Of a stretch of 64,000 nucleotides of DNA, positions 21,565 through 31,589 are shown piece after piece. Positions within the stretch are counted from its first letter, which is position 1, and each line of letters opens with the position of its first letter. Location: assembly GCA_039920545.1 (NCBI GenBank), contig JBDSDN010000015.1:3122-67121 (forward strand), in the 5' to 3' direction. This DNA comes from Ferruginibacter sp. (GTDB lineage Bacteria; Bacteroidota; Bacteroidia; Chitinophagales; Chitinophagaceae). The position numbers and the translations under genes were made by a program. A model generated the notes under the pieces. That model saw only the letters and a list, made by a program, of their open reading frames with translations, was not told where the DNA came from and did not search any database.

Positions 21565-23142
21565 TTAATGTGCTGAATCATCAGCATTGTATAAATTTTT
21601 ATCTACTAATTGGTGAGACATGTTATAAAGGCTTTTCTTTAAAGTGACCGTTATGTTTTTTAAGGAAGCGTGTTGCATAAATTCGTTTATGGTATCAATT
21701 ACATCCTTATCTATAAACTCTGCTTTCGAAAGATCCAGGATAACACTTGCATTTTGTGGTAATTGTTCCAGCTTTCTTTTTAAAATGGGTTTGCTGAAAA
21801 ACGAAACATCTTTTCTGAGCCGGATTAAATGATGATTATTATCTGCAACAGAAAAAATTGCGGTTCTGAAATTACTGCGGATTACATAAAAAATACCGGC
21901 CGCAATACCTATTAAAACCCCTTTTAATAAATCTGTAAAAACAATAGCAGTAAGTGTGATAATAAAAGGCATAAACTGTTCCCAGCCTTTTTGGTAATAT
22001 TCTTTAAAAAGTGATATTCTTGCAAGTTTGTACCCGGTAAAAATAAGTATGGCTGCCAGCGCCGCCTTTGGGATAAGGTTTAATATACTAGGCAAAAAAG
22101 CCACACAAACCAAAATTAATACGCCATGAAAAACAGCGCTAAATTTTGTTTTTGCCCCTGCATTTACATTTGCACTGCTGCGTACAATCACACTAGTTAG
22201 CGGCAGTCCGCCCAGCAACCCGCTAATAATATTACCCGAACCCTGTGCAATTAACTCCCGGTTGGGAGGAGATACTCTCTTCAGTACATCCAGTTTATCA
22301 GTGGCCTCTATTCCCAGAAGCGTTTCCAGGGAGGCTACCAAGGCAAGCGTTATAGCAGTAATCCAAACTTCGGTATTTGTTATAAAGCTCCAATCAGGAA
22401 ATTTTAAGAAAGAAAAAAATTCTTTAGCTGACGCTGCTACCGGAATATTTACAAGGTGTGCATCTTTTGCTGTTAAGGGATTTTGCAGGCTACTAAAAAT
22501 ATAATTAAGTAATACACCCAGTATTACTACCAATAAAGGACCGCTGAATAATTGAAAAACTTTTTTTGATTTCACCCAACTGCTTTCATACATTATTAAT
22601 ATGCCTATTCCGGCTACACCAATAATTATCGCTACTGGCGTAAAATGATTTAGTGAATTTATAATAGAAGAAAAAGTGTTTTCACCCGAGATTTGTATAA
22701 AGGTTTCATCGCCTTCATAGTCTTTATCATAGCCAACAAGGTGTGGCAATTGTTTTAAAATTAGAATCACCCCAATAGCTGCAAGCATGCCTTTTATTAC
22801 ACTGTTTGGTATATAATCGCCTATAACACCCATCTTAAAAATACCCATTGCTATCTGGAAAATTCCGGATAAAACCACTGCTAAAAAAAATGCTTCTACG
22901 GCTGGGAGTTTTAAAACCGCAGTAGCTACAATTGCAGAAAGCCCGGCAGCAGGGCCACTGACACTTAAATGGCTTCCACTGATAAGGCCAATTACAATAC
23001 CCCCCACGATACCGCCAATAATGCCGCTGAATTCATTTAAGCCACTTGCTACTGCAATACCCAGGCATAAGGGTATAGCAATCAAAAATACCACTATACC
23101 GGCAGGCACATCGGCCCCCAGGCTCTGAGCATACTTTTTCAT
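21565..23142 (-). CDS. SulP/SLC26 anion (probably bicarbonate) transporter with short STAS-like tail
   Basis: AIPLCLGIA.ASG, SVSGPAAGL, NRELIAQG.GN and VIVRSSAN motifs; directly upstream of the beta carbonic anhydrase. Confidence 0.92.
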   Translation of the reverse strand: MKKYAQSLGADVPAGIVVFLIAIPLCLGIAVASGLNEFSGIIGGIVGGIVIGLISGSHLSVSGPAAGLSAIVATAVLKLPAVEAFFLAVVLSGIFQIAMGIFKMGVIGDYIPNSVIKGMLAAIGVILILKQLPHLVGYDKDYEGDETFIQISGENTFSSIINSLNHFTPVAIIIGVAGIGILIMYESSWVKSKKVFQLFSGPLLVVILGVLLNYIFSSLQNPLTAKDAHLVNIPVAASAKEFFSFLKFPDWSFITNTEVWITAITLALVASLETLLGIEATDKLDVLKRVSPPNRELIAQGSGNIISGLLGGLPLTSVIVRSSANVNAGAKTKFSAVFHGVLILVCVAFLPSILNLIPKAALAAILIFTGYKLARISLFKEYYQKGWEQFMPFIITLTAIVFTDLLKGVLIGIAAGIFYVIRSNFRTAIFSVADNNHHLIRLRKDVSFFSKPILKRKLEQLPQNASVILDLSKAEFIDKDVIDTINEFMQHASLKNITVTLKKSLYNMSHQLVDKNLYNADDSAH

Positions 23143-23282
23143 TAAAATAATTTAGAAAAATAAAAGAAATTATAGTACCAAATGGATCTTAAATCCATTA
23201 CCGCATGATGGTAATATATTTAAGGTTCCTGTCCTGGTCGCCCGGTTTTTATCAGACGAATACAGAAATATATTAGTATCAC

Positions 23283-23558
23283 CTAAGCGTTTGGCGGAGG
23301 AGAGGTTATCTCGATATCGGGATGAGTATGCAATTTTGTGCTTATAGAAAAAAATACAGTGGTTACAGGAGTAAGATGGGTTAAACAAATACGCTGATAA
23401 AGCAATTCTTTTACCGGGTCAAAAGATTTTTCAATACCTTTTTCGGCCATTTCTTCTCCTGGGAATGTATTATCAAACAAACATTTACCCATTTCTTTTA
23501 CAGGCAAAAACTGTATGCTTATAATAAGTAACAATAATATAGAAAAAAATTTTTTCAT
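23283..23558 (-). CDS. Small signal-peptide-bearing protein ending in a polyproline motif; candidate regulatory leader (uORF)
   Basis: MKKFFSILLLLIISIQFLP N-terminus and HTHPDIEITSPPPNA C-terminus; own TATATTTG promoter element at 23569-23576. Confidence 0.7.
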   Translation of the reverse strand: MKKFFSILLLLIISIQFLPVKEMGKCLFDNTFPGEEMAEKGIEKSFDPVKELLYQRICLTHLTPVTTVFFSISTKLHTHPDIEITSPPPNA

Positions 23559-23642
23559 TAAAGAATTGCAAATATAGCTTCACACTTTTAAAATAAATTT
23601 TTACAAAGTTTTATTTAATATTTGTCACAATAAATTAACAAC

Positions 23643-24398
23643 TTAAATATTTAGTCCCCCACAAACACTGATGGTTTGTCCCGTAATATAACTGCCCATG
23701 TGGCTGGCTAAAAACAACGCAACGTTAGCAACATCTTCACCACTTGCAAATCTCCCTAAGGGGATAATAGATTTGTATTTTTCTGCAGCTTCTCCTTCCT
23801 TTAAATAGCTGGTCATATCTGTCTCTACAAAGCCAGGGGCAATTGCATTACAACGGATGTTTCTGCTCCCCAATTCTTTAGCAATACTTTTTGTAAAGCC
23901 AATTATTCCTGCTTTGCTGGCTGCATAGCTGCTTTGCCCGGCATTCCCGGTTTCGCCAATAATGCTGCTCATGTTTATTATGCTGCCTGCCTTAGCTTTC
24001 ATCATAGGGCGTATCACCTGCTTGGTCATATTAAAAACGCTTTTCAGGTTTACATTTATCACTTCATCCCATTGCTCGGCGGTCATTCGCAGCAATAAAT
24101 TATCTTTTGAAATACCTGCATTATTAACGCAGATGTCTATTTTTCCAAAATCTTTTAATACCTCATTTACTAAGATTTCAGCAGCCGCATAATCTGAGGC
24201 ATTGCTTTTATATGCTTTCGCTTTTATACCAAGTGCCACAAGTTTTTCCTCTAAAGCAACTGCCTTCTCTGCACTGCTGTCGCTTACATAAGTGAATACT
24301 ACATCAGCACCATGCTCTGCAAACTTTAGTGCAATAGCTTCTCCTATACCTCTTGCTGCGCCGGTTACTACTGCTGTTTTCCCCTCTAATAATTTCAT
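23643..24398 (-). CDS. fabG: 3-oxoacyl-ACP reductase
   Basis: TGAARGIG, NNAGISKDNLLLRM, GNAGQSSYAASKAG and APGFVETDMT motifs. Confidence 0.93.
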   Translation of the reverse strand: MKLLEGKTAVVTGAARGIGEAIALKFAEHGADVVFTYVSDSSAEKAVALEEKLVALGIKAKAYKSNASDYAAAEILVNEVLKDFGKIDICVNNAGISKDNLLLRMTAEQWDEVINVNLKSVFNMTKQVIRPMMKAKAGSIINMSSIIGETGNAGQSSYAASKAGIIGFTKSIAKELGSRNIRCNAIAPGFVETDMTSYLKEGEAAEKYKSIIPLGRFASGEDVANVALFLASHMGSYITGQTISVCGGLNI

Positions 24399-24570
24399 AA
24401 ATATATTTTTATGTTACGGGCAAAATTAATTCTAATCAGCATCGTTGTGTTATTTTAATTCGGGTTTTTCGGAACTCACTTGTACTTTTATTTTCCATTG
24501 ATCATTGCAGGCATTTTATGAAAAGCAATATTTATAAGAGCCATAGATAAGTTTTATGTAGGTTTGAAAT

Positions 24571-25014
24571 ATGGATATCACCATTAATACTCCGGCCCTG
24601 CTTTTCCCCGCCATCAGTTTAATTATGCTGGCATACACTAACCGGTTCTTAGCGCTTGCAAACCGTGTACGCAACCTGCATGAAAAGTATAATGAAGGAG
24701 AAAATAAAGAACTCATTTTTAACCAGATCAAAAGCCTTAAATACAGGTTAAAGCTGATAAAGAATATGCAGTTTTTTGGTGTAGCCAGTTTTCTGTTTTG
24801 CCTTTTGTGTATGTACCTAATTTATATAAATCAAATAAGTTTTGCAAATCTTTTTTTTGCGCTGGCTATGATTAGTTTTGCTTTTTCCCTTATTATATCT
24901 TTAATAGAAATTATACAAAGTACCAAAGCCCTGGAGCTTGAACTTAGCGATATGGAAGGATTAGAAGATCCTTCATTGGTAGAATACTTCAAGAAAAGAT
25001 TTGATAGGGAATAA
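24571..25014 (+). CDS. DUF2721 family membrane protein
   Basis: TPALLFPAISLIMLAYTNRFL N-terminus and EI..ST.AL motif. Confidence 0.8.
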   Translation: MDITINTPALLFPAISLIMLAYTNRFLALANRVRNLHEKYNEGENKELIFNQIKSLKYRLKLIKNMQFFGVASFLFCLLCMYLIYINQISFANLFFALAMISFAFSLIISLIEIIQSTKALELELSDMEGLEDPSLVEYFKKRFDRE

Positions 25015-25046
25015 AATAGAAGACTCCAAAATTATAATGCCTGTTG

Positions 25047-27029
25047 CTATTTTAAATATTTGCCAAACCATTTTAGATATCTTTCAAAGCGGTCAACCTG
25101 GTAAGATGGTTTTGTAATGCCGTGAAACTGGCCCGGGTAAATAATCAATTGTGTAGGAATCCCCAGTGATCGTAAGGCCTGGTACATTTGTTCGGAACCT
25201 GCCGTAGGTACGTTAAAATCTTTTTCGCTCGCCATAAAAAGGGTGGGCGTTTTTATTTTATCTGCTTTAAAAAACGGGTATGAAAGTGCTATCCATTTTT
25301 TAGGATTTTTCCACGGAGCCCCTAATTCCGTTTCATATTGAGAAACATACTGATCCACGCCATACATACTGAACTGCAGTGAACTCCCTGCACCACTGGC
25401 GGCAGCTTTAAACCGGGGATCGGTGGCAATGGTATAATTCGTTAAAATACCACCATAACTCCAACCTCCAATGCCCATGTGTTTTTCATCTGCAATTCCT
25501 TTTTTCACTAAATAATCAGCAGCCCCCAGTATATCAGTTACTTCTTTATTCCCCCAATCGGCATAAATAGCTTTTGTATATGCCACACCACGCCCGCTGC
25601 TACCCCGGTAATTTACACCGGCTACAGCATAACCGGCGGCAGCCAACATTTGGCGGGAAAGATCAAACCCATACTCATCCTGGCCAACGGGTCCCCCGTG
25701 AATAAATAAAATAAGTGGGAGTCGTTTACTGTTATCTGCGTAGGGGGGCAGGTATAAAATATTAGAAACTTTATTTCCATCTTTACTGGTAGAAGTAAAT
25801 CCTTCTACTTTTGCAAGTTGAATTTTATTTATAAATGAGTCCTGTACATGCGTTAGCCTCCTGGCTTCGCCATTCTCTATAGCATAAAGTTCACCGGGTA
25901 AATACGGTTGGCTCATAAGGGCTATAAGTGTGCCTGACAAAGGATTTAATTCGATTGCTGAAAAGCTTCTTTCTCCGCCTATAAGCGTAGATAAAGTAAC
26001 GGCTTTAATATTTATTTCACCAATAAATTGTTTTCTATCGTCGGCAATTAAACACGAGATAGATTGCCCGTTTTTGGACCACTGAAAATCATTTATGTAA
26101 CGATCTACAACTCCGGCCAAAGATTGAACCACACCGGTATTTGGTGAGACTAAAGAAATAGTATTTTGACCATACATCGTAAAATTGAGATTGCTGGAAG
26201 TGCTGGTGTAAGCGATGTTGTTTCCATCAGGACTCCATTTAGGATTACGATCCGTACCGGGCCATTCTGTTAGTTTTTTTCTGGCAGCACCCACCATTGC
26301 GTCCATAACCCAGATGTCTTCATTCTCATTTTTATCAGGATCAGTTGAGCGGTTGCTTACAAAAGCAAGTTGCTTTCCATTCGGACTCCATTGGGGTGAA
26401 GTTTCATCAAAATTTCCCGAGGTTAAGGTGTCGGTTTTTTTAGAAACTATGTCGAGGAGGTATAAGTGGCTATACCTGTTTTCAATCCACCCATTCCTGT
26501 CCTGTTTAAAATGATAACGATCCATTACATACGGTATCCGGGTTTTTGTTTTTGCAGTATCTGAAAAATCCTGGTCATGTATAGCCATAGCTATTTTATT
26601 CCCATCGGGGCTCCAGGCATATTCATCTAAATCACCCTTAAGGCTGGTAAGCTTTTTTGCTTCTCCTCCCCGCCGGTCCATCAACCAGAGTTGTGCAAGC
26701 TTTTCACCATTTCTTGCGGATAAGAACGAAATAAATTTCCCATCAGGGCTCCACCTGGGGTTGGATTCCCCTTCTTCACTGCTGGTGAGCTGTACGTTTT
26801 CTGATCCATCCCAGCTTATCATCCAGATATCGCTGTTTCGCTTATCCTTAGATGTATCTACTGTGCTAACGGTGTAGGCTACCCATTTACCATCAGGTGA
26901 AACCTGCGGGTCACCTATGGTTTTTATTAAATAAACATCCGTGGGTTGCAGGGCACGTTTTACCTGAGCTTGAGCAACACTTATAAAAGATAAATAAATC
27001 ATGAAAATGGATGAAAGAAGATTTTTCAT
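25047..27029 (-). CDS. S9 family (prolyl oligopeptidase/acylaminoacyl) peptidase with PD40/TolB-like propeller
   Basis: Signal peptide, repeated WSPDG motifs, HGGP, GWSYGG nucleophile, D..VP and H.I catalytic residues. Confidence 0.92.
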   Translation of the reverse strand: MKNLLSSIFMIYLSFISVAQAQVKRALQPTDVYLIKTIGDPQVSPDGKWVAYTVSTVDTSKDKRNSDIWMISWDGSENVQLTSSEEGESNPRWSPDGKFISFLSARNGEKLAQLWLMDRRGGEAKKLTSLKGDLDEYAWSPDGNKIAMAIHDQDFSDTAKTKTRIPYVMDRYHFKQDRNGWIENRYSHLYLLDIVSKKTDTLTSGNFDETSPQWSPNGKQLAFVSNRSTDPDKNENEDIWVMDAMVGAARKKLTEWPGTDRNPKWSPDGNNIAYTSTSSNLNFTMYGQNTISLVSPNTGVVQSLAGVVDRYINDFQWSKNGQSISCLIADDRKQFIGEINIKAVTLSTLIGGERSFSAIELNPLSGTLIALMSQPYLPGELYAIENGEARRLTHVQDSFINKIQLAKVEGFTSTSKDGNKVSNILYLPPYADNSKRLPLILFIHGGPVGQDEYGFDLSRQMLAAAGYAVAGVNYRGSSGRGVAYTKAIYADWGNKEVTDILGAADYLVKKGIADEKHMGIGGWSYGGILTNYTIATDPRFKAAASGAGSSLQFSMYGVDQYVSQYETELGAPWKNPKKWIALSYPFFKADKIKTPTLFMASEKDFNVPTAGSEQMYQALRSLGIPTQLIIYPGQFHGITKPSYQVDRFERYLKWFGKYLK

Positions 27030-27111
27030 ACTATAATTTTAAGATTGAGTTTTATAATACTGTTTGGGAAGATGTCAGAAATAATACCGGATAGAAACAA
27101 ATTAAAATACT

Positions 27112-28611
27112 TTAAATAGCCATAATTTCTTCAATAATGATTCTTTCATTGCTAAGCCTCGGCACCTTGTGCTGCCCTCCCATTTTACCTTTGCTACGTA
27201 GCCACTTTGTAAAAATCCCTTTCCTTATAGCATGCACAACGGGCAGGCGCAGCGCAATATTTTTATGCCGCTTGGCTTCATAATCGCTGTTATTATTTTT
27301 TAAAGCCAGGTCCAGTTCAAAAATAAATTGCTGCATATTATCGGGTGGTTTATCAAATTCTATCAGCCATTCATGTGCCCCGTTTTTACCCTCGCTGAAA
27401 TAAATCGGCGCTGCCGTATAATCGGTAACCACTGCATTCGTTTTTTCGGCTGCAGCAGCAATTGCATGATCGCTGTTATCTACAATTATTTCTTCGCCAA
27501 AGGCATTTATATAATGTTTTAACCTGCCGCTAATTTTTATTTTGTACGGGTTTAAAGAAGTAAACTGCACTGTATCGCCTATTAAATAACGCCACAACCC
27601 GCCGGTAGTACTTATGACCAGGGCATAATTAGTATTAAGGGCAACAGCATTTAAACCAATGGTTTTGGGAAGAGGTTTACCGTATTCTTCCACAGGCATA
27701 AATTCATAAAAAATACCGTGTTCTGTAAAAAGTAACATGCCATTATCTCCCGGTTTTTCCTGGCCGGCAATAAATCCTTCGCTGGCATTATATATTTCAA
27801 GGTAATTTAATGGCTTGCCTATAATTTTCTCAAACTGCTCACGGTAAGGAATAAACGAAACGCCACCATTAATGTATAACTCTAAGTTGGGCCAGACTTC
27901 TTTAATAGTGTTTTTCTGTTTTATTTCTAAAATACGTTTTAGCAACAAAAGTGTCCAGGTGGGTACACCTGCAAGAGAAGTAACATTTTCTTCGGCTGTT
28001 ATTGCCGCCAATTTTTCAATTTTATTTTCCCATTCATCCAGCAGGGCAATGCTAAGCTCGGGAGTACGCAACCATTGCCCCCAAAAAGGTGAGTTCTGCA
28101 TTAATACGGCACTCAGATCACCATATTGTATATCACCGTTTTTGCTGAGCTGGTGAGAGCCTCCAACTACCAGGCTCTTGCCGGTAAGCATATCACTTGA
28201 AGGAAAATTTTTATAATAATTACTAAGCACATCCTTACTTGCCTGAAAATGGTTATCCTTAAGGCTTTCTTCGCTTATAGGTATAAATTTACTTTTATCG
28301 CTGGTTGTGCCTGAGGATTTGGCAAACCAATCTACCGGTGTATTCCACAATAAATTTTGCTCACCATTCATCATGCGCTGTATGTAAGGTTTTATATCGT
28401 CATACTCATGAATGGGAACACTCGCTTTAAATTGTTTTAAAGTAGATAGTTTGGAGAAGCAATATTTTTTACCAAACTCGGTATATTGGGCGGCAGTTAC
28501 AAGTTGCTGTAATACCTCCCGTTGCGACGCCACCGGATGATTGATCCAGTTTTGTATGCGCCAAACCCTCATGCGGGCCAGTCGTGATATAGTTGGGGAA
28601 AGCAACTTCAT
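27112..28611 (-). CDS. GH3 auxin-responsive promoter family protein
   Basis: FAKSSGTTSDKSKFIP, GDLSA, YNASEG, GLWRYLIGD, DYEAKR and GGQHKVPRL motifs. Confidence 0.9.
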   Translation of the reverse strand: MKLLSPTISRLARMRVWRIQNWINHPVASQREVLQQLVTAAQYTEFGKKYCFSKLSTLKQFKASVPIHEYDDIKPYIQRMMNGEQNLLWNTPVDWFAKSSGTTSDKSKFIPISEESLKDNHFQASKDVLSNYYKNFPSSDMLTGKSLVVGGSHQLSKNGDIQYGDLSAVLMQNSPFWGQWLRTPELSIALLDEWENKIEKLAAITAEENVTSLAGVPTWTLLLLKRILEIKQKNTIKEVWPNLELYINGGVSFIPYREQFEKIIGKPLNYLEIYNASEGFIAGQEKPGDNGMLLFTEHGIFYEFMPVEEYGKPLPKTIGLNAVALNTNYALVISTTGGLWRYLIGDTVQFTSLNPYKIKISGRLKHYINAFGEEIIVDNSDHAIAAAAEKTNAVVTDYTAAPIYFSEGKNGAHEWLIEFDKPPDNMQQFIFELDLALKNNNSDYEAKRHKNIALRLPVVHAIRKGIFTKWLRSKGKMGGQHKVPRLSNERIIIEEIMAI

Positions 28612-28930
28612 TTACAGCAAAATACACTTTTGGTATGAAAGTAAAAAACGCCTGTATCGCTTCCGCTTTTAAGAGCTTATGTGCTGATACCATAAGAATC
28701 ACAAATAAAAGGGTAACTGTATTTCCTCGCATTGTATACTTTCTTAGCTGCATTTTCTGATGAGCATTTTCTTTTGAAGAGCAGGACAATGGGAGCGGGA
28801 CCCCAGAGCAGCCCCGGCGTATCGGCGTTAAAAGATACTGGGTTGAAAATGAGGAACCTGTTTTGACAATAAACTCGCCACAAAATATGTACAGTTTGCT
28901 ACACCGGCCTGGAAGAATTTTATTAAAATA

Positions 28931-28956
28931 AAAAAACCGTTTGAGCCAAACGGTTT
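28931..28956 (-). terminator. Intrinsic terminator downstream of rho
   Basis: AAACCGTTTG-agc-CAAACGGTTT perfect 10-bp stem; the adjacent A-run gives a U-tract on the minus strand. Confidence 0.8.
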
Positions 28957-28984
28957 CCAATTATATTAAAATTTTGAATTTTTA

Positions 28985-30622
28985 TCATCCGTTCATACTC
29001 GTTAAAAACTCTGCATTGTCTTTTGTGCCTTTCATGTTTTTGAGTAAAGTGTTTAAGGCTTCTTCGGGGTTCATATCTGCCATATGCTTTCGCAATACCC
29101 ACATCCTTTGGAAGGTATCTTTATCCAGCAACAAGTCGTCCCGGCGTGTAGAGGAAGCTACGATGTCAATGGCAGGATAAATCCGGCGGTTAGAAAGTTT
29201 ACGCTCTAGCTGTAATTCCATATTACCTGTTCCTTTAAATTCTTCAAAAATTACCTCATCCATTTTGCTGCCGGTATCTACCAGTGCTGTAGCAATAATA
29301 GTGAGTGAGCCGCCATTTTCTATTTTACGGGCGGCACCAAAAAACTGTTTCGGCTTTTGCATGGCATTGGCTTCAACACCGCCGCTTAATACCTTTCCAC
29401 TACTTGGTGCAACTGTATTGTGTGCCCGGGCTAAACGGGTTATGCTATCAAGCAAAATCACTACATCATGTCCACATTCTACCAGGCGTTTTGCTTTTTG
29501 TAAAGCAATGGTAGAAACCTTTACATGCTTTTCTGCGGGCTCATCAAAGGTGCTGGCTATAACTTCTGCTTTTACGCTGCGTTCCATATCGGTAACCTCT
29601 TCGGGCCTTTCATCCACCAAAACTATCATTAAGTAACACTCGGGATGATTTTCTGCAATGGCATTTGCCAGCTCTTTTAGCAACATGGTTTTACCCGTTT
29701 TTGGTTGCGCCACAATCAACCCCCGTTGGCCTTTACCAATAGGGGTAAACAAATCCATAATTCGGGTACTATAATTATCTGACCGGGTAGTTAGGTTTAA
29801 TTTTTCAAAAGGAAACAATGGTGTTAAATAATCAAAAGGCACCCGGTCTCTCACTTCTTCAGGGCTTTTCCCGTTGATAGTTTCTACTTTTAGTAAAGCA
29901 AAATATTTTTCCCCCTCTTTGGGGGGGCGGACAGATCCGTAAACGGTATCGCCCGTTTTTAATCCAAATAATTTTATCTGGGAAGGAGATACATAAATAT
30001 CATCAGGTGAAGAAAGGTAATTGTAATCGCTGCTCCGTAAGAATCCATATCCATCGGGCATCATTTCCAACACACCCTCTCCTAAAACTACACCGTCAAA
30101 TTCAATATTAAATACCGGTTGTTCTCTTCGTTGGGGCTGCGGCCTGTTTTGATTATTTTGCTGCGAAGATTCTTCCGAATCCATTTCAGGTTGTTGAATA
30201 TCCTCTTCATGCAACATTTGTGCAATAGCAGCAGGAATGGTGGTTTGCTGATCAGTAATAGGTTGCAAATCTTCGTCATTATCCTCTGCCACCTCGGGTT
30301 TGGGTGGTTGTTTTTTTACAGGCCTTTTTTCAAAATCTGCTCTTTTGGGCTTTGGGGCCGAAGCATCCTTTTTATGCATTTCCTGTTGCTTTACTTCCGC
30401 TACTTCGGCAATATCAGCGGGGCCGGGTTTTGCAATTCTTTTGCGTTTGGGTTTTTCACCTTCGGGGTTTGTGTTTTCTGGTATCATAGCCATTTGTTTA
30501 TCCAGGATCTTGGCAATCAGGTCCTGTTTATTTAATTTTTTTGTGTGGGCAAGGCCAAGTTCATCTGCTATATCAAGCAGTTCAGGAACGAGGAGTTCGT
30601 TCAGTTGTATTATATCGTGCAT
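28985..30622 (-). CDS. rho: Transcription termination factor Rho with N-terminal low-complexity insertion
   Basis: [32 protein letters not shown] and FKGTGNMEL motifs; roughly 125-aa K/E/P/Q-rich insert after the first helical domain. Confidence 0.98.
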   Translation of the reverse strand: MHDIIQLNELLVPELLDIADELGLAHTKKLNKQDLIAKILDKQMAMIPENTNPEGEKPKRKRIAKPGPADIAEVAEVKQQEMHKKDASAPKPKRADFEKRPVKKQPPKPEVAEDNDEDLQPITDQQTTIPAAIAQMLHEEDIQQPEMDSEESSQQNNQNRPQPQRREQPVFNIEFDGVVLGEGVLEMMPDGYGFLRSSDYNYLSSPDDIYVSPSQIKLFGLKTGDTVYGSVRPPKEGEKYFALLKVETINGKSPEEVRDRVPFDYLTPLFPFEKLNLTTRSDNYSTRIMDLFTPIGKGQRGLIVAQPKTGKTMLLKELANAIAENHPECYLMIVLVDERPEEVTDMERSVKAEVIASTFDEPAEKHVKVSTIALQKAKRLVECGHDVVILLDSITRLARAHNTVAPSSGKVLSGGVEANAMQKPKQFFGAARKIENGGSLTIIATALVDTGSKMDEVIFEEFKGTGNMELQLERKLSNRRIYPAIDIVASSTRRDDLLLDKDTFQRMWVLRKHMADMNPEEALNTLLKNMKGTKDNAEFLTSMNG

Positions 30623-31001
30623 AAAATATGAGAAAATACCTGTTTCAAAAAATCCGCTCTGTTGTCTGTAAATTGAAGTTGAAAATTTGTTCTGATGGAA
30701 GTAGTTGTAATGCTGAAGTAATTAGACTAGGATAATCTTCTCAACCTTTTCCAATGCAATAATACGCAGATTTTGAATAATAAACATTTTTTTTCTTTTT
30801 TTCCAGTATTGAGGATTTAAGACAAACCGGTTTTTAGTGTGTAAATTACCAGGTCCGCCATGCCCTTTTTTGTAGGGAACACTTTTTCACACATTCCTTC
30901 AATTTCTACGATTTGCATAATATAAAGTTTGATGCTCATTTTGGGCAGGCAATAAATTTAATATTATAACCGAAATTTACGGCTGATTTATATTGATAAA
31001 A

Positions 31002-31538
31002 ATGCCACATTTAAATGTAGAATTTAAAGCTAGCGCTGAAAATGTTTTAATGCTTGAAAATAAATTAAAGGGATTAAATGCTTTGTATACAGGTGAAGAT
31101 CACCAAGTGGATACTTACTTTAATGTAACGAAAGGCAGGTTAAAACTTCGGGAAGGCAATATTGAAAATTCGCTTATATATTATGAAAGAGAAAATATTG
31201 CGGGCATTAAACAATCGAAAATATTATTGTACCGGCACAACCCTGATAAAATATTAAAAGAAATTTTGGTAACAACCCACGGGATAAAAGTGGTGGTAAA
31301 GAAGCTCCGCCGCATTTATTTTAGAGAAAATGTAAAATTTCATTTTGATGTGGTAGATGGGTTAGGAAGTTTCATTGAGGTAGAAGCCATTGATGCTGAT
31401 AATACAATTGGCTTAAAAAAACTGGAGGAGCAATGTAATTATTATGCAGCTTTTTTTGAAATTGAAGAAGGACAGTATGTGGATGTTTCCTATAGCGATA
31501 TGATCATAGAGAAGTGGCTAGATATTACCACCAGTTAA
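31002..31538 (+). CDS. CYTH domain protein (class IV adenylate cyclase-like)
   Basis: N-terminal EFK (ExK), QVDTYF, RLKLRE and LGSFIEVEA motifs; ATG at 31002. Confidence 0.85.
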   Translation: MPHLNVEFKASAENVLMLENKLKGLNALYTGEDHQVDTYFNVTKGRLKLREGNIENSLIYYERENIAGIKQSKILLYRHNPDKILKEILVTTHGIKVVVKKLRRIYFRENVKFHFDVVDGLGSFIEVEAIDADNTIGLKKLEEQCNYYAAFFEIEEGQYVDVSYSDMIIEKWLDITTS

Positions 31539-31589
31539 AACAACCTTTTTCGAAAAAACAATTAGCTTTAAGTATTAATTTATAAGCGA

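Noticed and set aside
28757-28800. CTGATGAG resembling a hammerhead ribozyme core
   Set aside because: No stem II closed by GAAA and no stems I/III; it sits inside a short GCATTTTCT direct repeat.
28780-28830. AGCAG motif suggesting SRP RNA
   Set aside because: No GNRA tetraloop or correctly placed CAGG partner, and no long enclosing helix.
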